64,000 bases of DNA from the IMG/VR virus record IMGVR_UViG_3300042553_000685; one strand, written 5' to 3'. Shown one piece after another: positions 22,112 through 30,800 of the stretch. Below the pieces are notes generated by a model that saw only the letters and a program-made list of their open reading frames with translations, searched no databases and had not been told where the DNA came from. A program made the translations under genes and the position numbers. The DNA comes from a virus. How positions within the stretch are numbered: the stretch's first letter is position 1; every line of letters starts with the position of its first letter.

Positions 22112-23225
22112 TATTATTACTAGTCGACCTGTAGCAGAACGCCCGCCCTACTACTCTGTTAGTGCACTGCGCGTATATCGCCGCTGTGGGATGGAGTTCT
22201 ATCATAAATATGTTGACCTCAATAGGAAGAGTGGGGCTACGCGCTCTACTCTATTAGGTAACCTAGTGCATGAGGCCCTCGAGTTATACTATGATCCTGA
22301 AGTAGAACATGATTATAATTTAGAGCAGTGCCTCGAGGAAACCTACATAAGCGCGCTTATGGCCGCTGGTGTCATTGTATCTAATACGCCTGCGTCGGAC
22401 CAGACCACTATCTCCAGTTACTTAATGGGCCTAGTAGATGGTTATGCAGTGCTGCATAACAGAGCCCGCGCTGACTATAAGGGTCCCGATGCCATACGCA
22501 CCACTGCCGGTAAGGTGAGTAGCGCTTATCAGTCTACTACTGCATGGAAGCAGGCAGAGGAGCCCCTCCTCGCTCTACGGCATGCAGCTAATGAATATAT
22601 GCTTATGCTTAATCCTGAATTGGATACTGAGCTTGATGTTATTGGTGCACTGACTGACGCGTTTAGCCTATGTCGGGCCTTTATTCCTCCTAAGGAGTTT
22701 AAGCGCACTATCTATGTTGAGTTACCTATCAGTGGATATAATGACGGCACTATTATCAATGAGGTGCCCATGCCGACTGATTGCGGCGGTGATGCCGGTA
22801 TCAACCTCCTGGGCTTCATTGACTGGGTGGGAATCACCTCCCATGGTCTAACTATAGTTGATTATAAGACCAGTAAGTCTGCCTATACTACAGATAAGCT
22901 GGCGTATAACCCTCAGCTCTGTGCCTATGCCTATGCCTATGAGAAATTGACAGGCACTCGCGTTGATGCTATGGGTATCTATAACGTCAGGGAGGGTAGT
23001 CTGGTACTAACGCCTATTGACCGCAGCATCATGGATCGCGTATTAACCTCATTCTTTGGCACGCACAAATTAATCACGGCGGGCTTCTACCCTCACCATT
23101 ACCCTGAGGATAATTATAGTCCCTGTCTCGATTCCTTTGGTAAGCCTTGTCCCTATCTTCATGATTGCTACCCTGAGCTCGCAGAGGATCAGAGTCTACT
23201 CGATCTCTATAGATTAATGAATTGA
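22083..23225 (+). CDS. PD-(D/E)XK nuclease of the Cas4/RecB (AddB-like) family with a 4-Cys cluster
   Basis: GFIDW...IVDYKTSK (D...DxK), QLCAYAYAY (QxxxY), an N-terminal Cys (YRRCG), and C-terminal CLDSFGKPCPYLHDC. Confidence 0.75.
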   Translation: MAQRLTMTSNIITSRPVAERPPYYSVSALRVYRRCGMEFYHKYVDLNRKSGATRSTLLGNLVHEALELYYDPEVEHDYNLEQCLEETYISALMAAGVIVSNTPASDQTTISSYLMGLVDGYAVLHNRARADYKGPDAIRTTAGKVSSAYQSTTAWKQAEEPLLALRHAANEYMLMLNPELDTELDVIGALTDAFSLCRAFIPPKEFKRTIYVELPISGYNDGTIINEVPMPTDCGGDAGINLLGFIDWVGITSHGLTIVDYKTSKSAYTTDKLAYNPQLCAYAYAYEKLTGTRVDAMGIYNVREGSLVLTPIDRSIMDRVLTSFFGTHKLITAGFYPHHYPEDNYSPCLDSFGKPCPYLHDCYPELAEDQSLLDLYRLMN

Positions 23226-23274
23226 CATACTGATATTTAGTACGATAAGATTAATGGGTATATAGAGGATATGT

Positions 23275-23721
23275 ATGCCCAAACCTAACCCCTGGCTTGA
23301 TGAAGTAAAGTATTACCTGCGTAAGAAGTTCTATCAGCAGGTTGATTTCGAGTCTGCTTGCTACAATCGAACATTCTCATATGATACAGTGCGTAAGTGC
23401 ATGTATTTAATTATGAGAACTAGCCCGGACATATACAGGCATGCTGCCTGGCTCTGGGCTACGCAGCGCAGTCGCAATGACATTGCGGGCGGTCTTAATG
23501 TAGATAGTAGTACCATTAAACGTAAGTTTGATGCTTTTGCTATCCAATTACTTAATTATCTGATTAATCCTGATATCATGCCTGTATTAGGCCCCATTGA
23601 TATTCGTATGCAGATGGAAGAAGAGGATAAGCGCATCGAGATCCCTGAGATCGTCGAGGGTAATGTCTATACAGCCGCTGATTACTTGAATAGCGTGGTA
23701 GATGATGGCAGACTACACTAA
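23275..23721 (+). CDS. Hypothetical protein with a possible sigma-region-4-like helix-turn-helix
   Basis: RNDIAGGLNVDSSTIKRKF resembles an HTH. The rest is unassigned. Confidence 0.45.
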   Translation: MPKPNPWLDEVKYYLRKKFYQQVDFESACYNRTFSYDTVRKCMYLIMRTSPDIYRHAAWLWATQRSRNDIAGGLNVDSSTIKRKFDAFAIQLLNYLINPDIMPVLGPIDIRMQMEEEDKRIEIPEIVEGNVYTAADYLNSVVDDGRLH

Positions 23722-24412
23722 TATACTGCAGGAACTGCGGGACTGGAAGAATGACTTTGGTAGTCTACTTGATAGTAAGCAGCTTATAGGGACTATTGAA
23801 TGGCAGCCCCTCTGGGAGCGGTTAGTAGCTCTAGAGAGATTATTCAATGACCCTGTAATATCTGAACCACTGGATAACTATAAGGTGGCTCTCCGCCACC
23901 CTATTGATGCCTGTGGGATGACAGAATTTGTCGTGCAGTTAGTAGAGAAGGGCTCCAGTGAGAATGATATATCTCGCGCCTTATCTATGCACGGTGTTGA
24001 TCTTACAGCGCGCGAGGTAGGTGAATGGGTAACCGCTTATAGAAGCACGCCTATAATGGAGAGAGTAGAGTATCCCTACGGTTCTGTATTTGATACTCAG
24101 ACGCAGCTACAGACTATATTCAATGATCTTAAAGCAGGTATTATAGCTCTCGAATCGGCCGATGATGAGCCATTTATTAAGGCTAGGAAAGTCAAGGAGG
24201 AAATATGGGTAACTATGTTGCAGGAACAGCGTCAACTGCTGAAGGATGCGCGTGCACTGATGGAGACTGTCAAGCAATTCGAGGCCATAGACCGATTCAA
24301 GCAAATTGTAATAGAGGAGGTGAACAAGGAGAATCCAGCTATAGCGAGTCGTATCTACCGGCGTATACAGATGGCCAAGACACTCCTCAATACGTTGGAG
24401 CCCCTCGCATAG
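23702..24412 (+). CDS. Hypothetical protein (236 aa), possible HTH/small-terminase-like
   Basis: SENDISRALSMHGVDLTAREVGEWV looks HTH-like and the C-terminus looks coiled. The function is not supported beyond that. Confidence 0.45.
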   Translation: MMADYTNILQELRDWKNDFGSLLDSKQLIGTIEWQPLWERLVALERLFNDPVISEPLDNYKVALRHPIDACGMTEFVVQLVEKGSSENDISRALSMHGVDLTAREVGEWVTAYRSTPIMERVEYPYGSVFDTQTQLQTIFNDLKAGIIALESADDEPFIKARKVKEEIWVTMLQEQRQLLKDARALMETVKQFEAIDRFKQIVIEEVNKENPAIASRIYRRIQMAKTLLNTLEPLA

Positions 24413-24628
24413 TGGCATCACAATATAGCACGCATATACTAGATGAATACTTTCTTTATAATAGCCTCAATGTATTCATCGGTACATTTATATTTAGCCT
24501 AGGTGGTACCATTAATTATGATAGATGCGGTTATACCTTCTATCAGGACATTCGAATAGGCTTTATCTATTGCGCTATTATCTGGTCTAGTCATCGTCCA
24601 TTTCATCTGAAAATTAGAGGTAAGCTCA

Positions 24629-24817
24629 TTGAAAACGAACTATCACGGCGGGAAGTATCTCAGATGGAACAATAGAGTGCTTGAGGTAGACGATGGCGAT
24701 GGTGTGTGGAAGCGCTATAAACATAGTTTATTCGCTACTGCTGATATACCTAATGGTAGTGATGGATTTGCTACTGCTCAGATGTGTCTCAGGAATGGTT
24801 ATACCTATTGTTCTTGA
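24629..24817 (+). CDS. Hypothetical protein (62 aa)
   Basis: TTG start after AGAGG. This is the last + strand ORF. Its stop lies 1 nt from the stop of the converging giant ORF. Confidence 0.35.
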   Translation: MKTNYHGGKYLRWNNRVLEVDDGDGVWKRYKHSLFATADIPNGSDGFATAQMCLRNGYTYCS

Positions 24818-24818
24818 A

Positions 24819-27800
24819 CTAGCCCATGCGTAGCATTGCCTCTCTATCAAGTTTACCATCTAACCTATTGACCCAGAGACTATTATCGTCACTGGGTCTT
24901 GTTGTGACTGTTACTGTATTACCATTCTGCTCGGCACTGGTTTCCTGAGATATTAGGGCTATATGGCCCCGCCGTGTTGCCTCCTCTGCTATCTCCTTGA
25001 GCTCAGGACTGAAGTTACCATTATTGCTTATAATGGCTCGAGACTGAGTAGCGGGTGCGGGCCCGCCTACTGTCTTACTGACGGCTATGGCTAGACGGGC
25101 CACCTCTGCACTATAAGGAGTAGCTGACTGGGCTAGCTTATTCATAGTGTCTGATACAGTAGCGCGAATAGCCGCCATGTTGTTCTTATACTGGCCTAGC
25201 ATCTGCTGCCTAGCGTATACCTTTATGGCGCCCCAATCACTACTGGCCCGCGCTGACTTGACCCAGCTGGTCTGTCCGAATATCTCTACGTTGAAGAGAC
25301 GGGCCCGTCGTGCTATCTCTCTCTCTGTGAATGGGTCTAGTAGCTGTATGTTACTATCCCCTCCATCAGGTGTCGGTAATAGCATAGCTGCCGTCCTACT
25401 ACCAGCAGAGTCCTTGCTAGCTTCGGCCCATCTATCCGCGTTGTATTGGAAGGCCCGCCCCGGCATAGCTAGTGTCATGCCGCCTGGCCCCTGTTTATAA
25501 CGCGCTAGTAGATAATCTGTTGGCGTGACAAACATGTTCAGCCCTGTTATCTTACCCATGCCCTCTACTGCGGCGCTACTACCACGAGCCAGCGTCTCGT
25601 GTACACCTGGGACAGCAGATATGGCCGTTCCTCCTAAGAAGCCCCCCAGGCCTGATTTAGCTATTAGACCCCAGCCCGCGCCTTTGAACCAGCTTGCAGC
25701 CGCCCCGACTAGTGACATTACACCTAGTGCCGTACCTATAGCTGATGTAATGACGCCCTTTACCTGATTATTACCTAGTGATAGAACACCGGGTATCTTA
25801 TCTCCTATTATGTCGCCTATAGCTCTATCTACGCCGGCCCAGAATCTCTCACTAGCTTGACTGAAGTCCTGCCAGGCATCGCCCTTGGTAACTGCCTCTA
25901 GGTGTTTATAGCCCCACGCAAATAGTCCTGTTGCTATACCTACACCTATTGCTACCACCCCTATTGCTGCTATTAGAGGAGCGCCCATAACTGCCGCGCC
26001 TATAGCTCCTATTGCTTTAGCAGCCACTAGACCTGTTACTATACCAGTTATGGAGTTACGCACTGTCATACCAGCATGTTCTTCAAGTAGCTGTTTCTCT
26101 GCCTCAGTGTATAACTCATCTCGTTGAGATCGGCCGAGTCTTATGAATGCGCTACCCACATCTAGACTCTCTATGCCACCCCAGGCTGTCATAATGCCGC
26201 CGCCTAATGCCTGAAGCGATCCCCGTGCGCTGAGCCGCGCCTTAAAAAATGGGTAGACCTTTATCTCTGAAGGATCGGCTATGGGGGCCTTACCGCTATC
26301 CCAGTGGAATATACGCTTCCATTGAGGTGCCTTCTTCCGCTCTATATCTATAATACCGCCCTGCTTATTGGCCCAGTCCTCTACTCTCTGATTGCGACTA
26401 CGCAATACTTCTATATCAGTAGTGGCCCCAGCCATTATCAGCGCCTTCTCCTTGATATCCTTGAATAGGAAGCCTAGTTCATTTAGTACGCTAGCGCTTA
26501 TGATGCGTATCTGTTCGTCTGATGTCAGACCACGGAAGCGCGATGATATCATGAAGGCATCGCCAGGGCCGGGGTTAAGAGATATCTTACGTATAACCTC
26601 GCGCTCTATCGTCTCCTTGATGACCTCGCGTATACGACGTCTTAGGAATGAGTCAGCATCTCCATACTGTATCTTGAATGTCTCCTCGTTTAATCCTAAT
26701 AGTGAGTAGGCCTTCTGTGAGAAGGGGGCGGGCCCGTTATTAATTGATATATCGCTATCTAGTAGGTTTAGTATCTTAGTTAGGAAGCTATCGGACCCGC
26801 GGCTTATAGTGTCATCTAGACTATCTACTAATTTACGTATTAGATCGTCCCTATCAGTTATATTGCGTACAGTGCTCTCGTTTATAATAGGGGCATCGTA
26901 TACGCGTGCCATTAGGGTATCCATCTCGTCATTTGCGGTCATACTCATGAAACTATTGAGGAAATAACCTATTCTCTTCCCTACCTCTCCGCCCATGCCA
27001 TCAGGTGGACTGGCGTGTAGCGTATAAGTGAAGCGGCCCCGCTTCACCTCATACTTCATACGGTTCTCTCCTAGGGGACTCTTAGCCTGAGGTGCCGTTA
27101 TAATAAAATGTTCTGCCCTCTCACCGGCCCATAGAACACGTAGCTCAGTCATAACGTTATCTATGGCTCGTGCCTGCTTCCCTCCCTCTAGTACGCCAAA
27201 TAAACTCATCATCGCGCCTATCGCGCCCGCAATCATAGTGGCTGCAACGCCCCCAGCTAGACTCGTCATAATGGGTGTGTTGATTAGTGGTATCTTACCC
27301 CAGAAGTTAACTAAGAAGGACCCCATCATACCCAGGATATTGTTCTCCTCTGTCCTCATTGATCTAGGCGCGCCCATCTCCAGCCAGTCTCCATCTGCAG
27401 CATATATATCTACCCGTCTACCTCCTGTACGCCGTTCCGACGAGTACTTAATGAAGTTCTCGTACTGTATGAAGTTGAGGGGGTTAGCCACTCTGGATGC
27501 CAGACCAGGGAATGCAGTTTCTGCTAACAGTCGCATGTCTCCCTTACTCAGCGATGCAATTAGCGTGTCTAGATATGACTTGGGTTTTTTACTATCCCGG
27601 GGATTCATACCATCAGGATTACCTAGATTAGTCATCTCAGATACTAGTGACTCAGGCCGCTGATATGCGAAGTTGCGTATTACCTGCAGGCGACTACTCA
27701 ACGCTATGTTCATCAACGGATCCGCTCTATAGAGGGCCAGGCTGGCTCTATTGAGTGGGCTAGTTACGCGCCGGCGGTTCTTATCAGTCAGTGGGTCTAA

Positions 27801-30800
27801 TCGCGCTGTTAGACTGACTACGCTGATGGCCATAAACTTGCGCTGATCCTCTGATAGGTTATTCATCGAGGCATCAGTTATATTAGCCTTACGGTAGTCG
27901 CGCGCGTATAGCTGGCCCATGGCCCCTGCCTTGACCATCTTGAACATATAGGCTGGCGCTGTAGAATATACTGCCGTACTGATGTCCTGGTTAGTAGACT
28001 GTAGCTGCATGTAGAAGGTCTGCCGCGAGCCTAGCTCTCCCTCTCGCACACTAGTACCAAATACTAGGACACTCATGAATGGGTTACTGGCATTTAGCAC
28101 AAAGCTGCTGCGTAGGTTATCTATTGCAGTACTCATACGCCCTACGCTGCTCTCTATGGGGTTGATTAAGCGCACACCGCGCTTACGCTTATAGGCGCCA
28201 TCTGCCATTACAACCATAGGCTCTAGGGGATCTGGTGCCACAGCTATATCTCGTCGTGTGACTAGGCGGAATGCATTAGACACGAACTCCAGCGGCGTGC
28301 CATCCATAGCGTTATAGAAGCCCGCTGTTGCTTCCTCCTGATTACCTGAGCCAGATAATACAGCACCTACACCTAATAGAAGAGCAGTAGCGGCTAGGTT
28401 CACGACGCCTAGTGCCGCTGCAGAACGCAATAGTCTATTACCGCCGGGCCCTAGTATTCTGGCGTTTCTATACTTGAGGTAGTCTCGGCTATCTACTAGG
28501 GTGCGCAGGTTCTCGCCGTAATCTGTTAGTCTATAGCTACCTGCCTCGTCTATAATGTCCCGTACCTGGAAGTTAGACGGGCGCCGGCCGTGTTCATTCA
28601 TAGCATCATGATATGCTCTGCCATGAACTGTCTTCAGGTGTTCATCTAGTAAATCGAAGCTATGATAGCCCCGTCGATTATTACGGTAGTCTGATAGGTA
28701 GGTCTCTACAGTATTAAAGTCAGACCGTATGTCTCTCTCAAGAGAAGCTAGGCGTAGCTTACGCCACATACCTAGTGGGTTCAGTGGGTGCATCTTACCT
28801 ACCTTGGCCCTCATTCTACGATACCGCTCTATAGTAGCGCCTGGGTCTAGCCCGAGGTCTCCTAGTTCTACTACTGCCATAGCGTTTACGCCGGCATAGA
28901 GCCCTACTGTAGCTAGTCGAGTCATAACATTGTCGTCCATGCCCTCACTTACGTTCCACCCAGTCTTAGTCTGGAATAGGGCCGCTATAGTGCCGAGAAG
29001 TAATGGCATGCGATAGGCCCGCCATCTGCGTAGACCCGTATGCATACCGCGGCTTATCCTAATATCCTCCATACCTGTTATCCACGCTACACGAGATTGT
29101 AGCAACGCTACCTTCCTACGCCATGGATCGTGCTTCATAGCGAAGGAATATGCGAAGGCCAGAGAAGTACCTACAAGTAGAGAACTTGTTAGAGGACTCG
29201 TGCCTGTTAGTCCAAATAGTACGCCTAGTACAGGTGGTACAATAAAGTTACTCAGAGCTATGACCTTAGCTAGTCTTCTATCTAGCTTATCGAATCCCTG
29301 TAGTGCCCCGTAGCTGAACCCCGCCATTGTATCTATTACCTTACCTGAGTAGTGCCAGAAGGAACCAGCCGCAGTTCGTGCACCTGCTATGGGTATATTC
29401 ATGGCCCGGCCGCCCCAGTCATCTACTAGTGCTGCTAAGTTAGTCATCTTATTGCTGAGATCCTTCGCACCCGCACCTATCGTAGGATCGCGTAGTATCT
29501 TAGAGCGCGCGTACTCTGGTAACAGGGCAGACAGACTAACTAGACCCGCCGTTAACGATACTGCTAATGATACATTACCAGCGCTCTGTATGTAATTGAT
29601 AACGTTATCCTTCTCCTGGTTATATATGAAGGCCTCAGCGAAGGGCTTATTAGCGTCAAAGGCCAGGGGTGCTGACACACTCATAGAGATACCCAGTACA
29701 GGTGCTGATTGTACCCCCATACTATAGCTGTATACGCCCTTATCTATCTCAGAACTACGGCGCCGTGACTCCGCTATGAAGAACTGTATGTAGGACGTGG
29801 GGGCCTGACTCGCGTAGACCTCTATAGTTTTGGCTCGTCGACTTATAGCTGCTACTGGTGTGTGGGCACTAATACGTCCTGCTACGAATGCAGACCAAGC
29901 CTCTAGAGTCCTCTCAGTTCTATTGCCAACTAGCGTGCCTGTATTGACCCTATTGAGTACTGATTGTTTCCATGCCTGGAGACTACCTACTGTTGCGTAG
30001 TTCTCGTCTAGTACCTGTCCCTCTTGTCCTGTTATACGGTTGAAGGTATTCATTATAAAGTTACCTACACCAGTGATGACGCGGGGGGCCCATAGTAGCG
30101 CTGCTGTAGTTAGACCCCACGTCATGAATCTATTACCCTTCTTGACTAGAGTGCCTCGCTTCAGTACTCCCTCCGCCTCTGCGGATATTAGACGACTGTT
30201 GCCACTGGCATACAACTCATCGCTGAGACTATACCGGTTAATAGCCATACTGCCGAATACCTCACTACCTACATAACCCCCGGCTACTGCTAGTGCTGTA
30301 TAAGCAGCCCCCATGACGGGCCCCTCAAGTATTAGATTGCGGTTATTGTAGCGCACCTCTTCTACGTCAACAGCGCCGAACTGTAGGTTAATAGAACGCA
30401 GGAAACTAGGCCCACTGGCATCTAGTATATTAGCTAGGCCAGTCTGTACGTTCATAAGAGCTAATACAGAGGCGCCTATAATACCCTTATTGCGGAAGAA
30501 CGATGAGGTCAGGAAGCGACTATTACGCCCTGATATTAACCTGAATAGATCCTCTTGAGCTGCCGTGGCCCCCGCTGCCCGTTGTACTGCCTGCTGATAG
30601 TGAGGACTACTCTGTATGGCCTGATTGTAGACTATCAGCTGATCTACAAACTTAGAAACTAACTGGCGCTGCTCCAGAGTTTGTACATTACCTATCTGAC
30701 GACTACCTTGTCCGTTAATGCCTACCTCCCATGTCAGTAGGTTCTCTACTAACATTTGTCTCTCTAACTTCATGAGTTCTTTATACTCTGCAGCTAGATT

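Noticed and set aside
24205-24675. 156-aa + strand ORF overlapping the 3-prime end of 23702-24412 in another frame
   Set aside because: It overlaps a better-supported ORF by about 200 nt and runs on through the 24413-24628 gap. It has an odd composition and no ribosome site. The gap itself remains unassigned.
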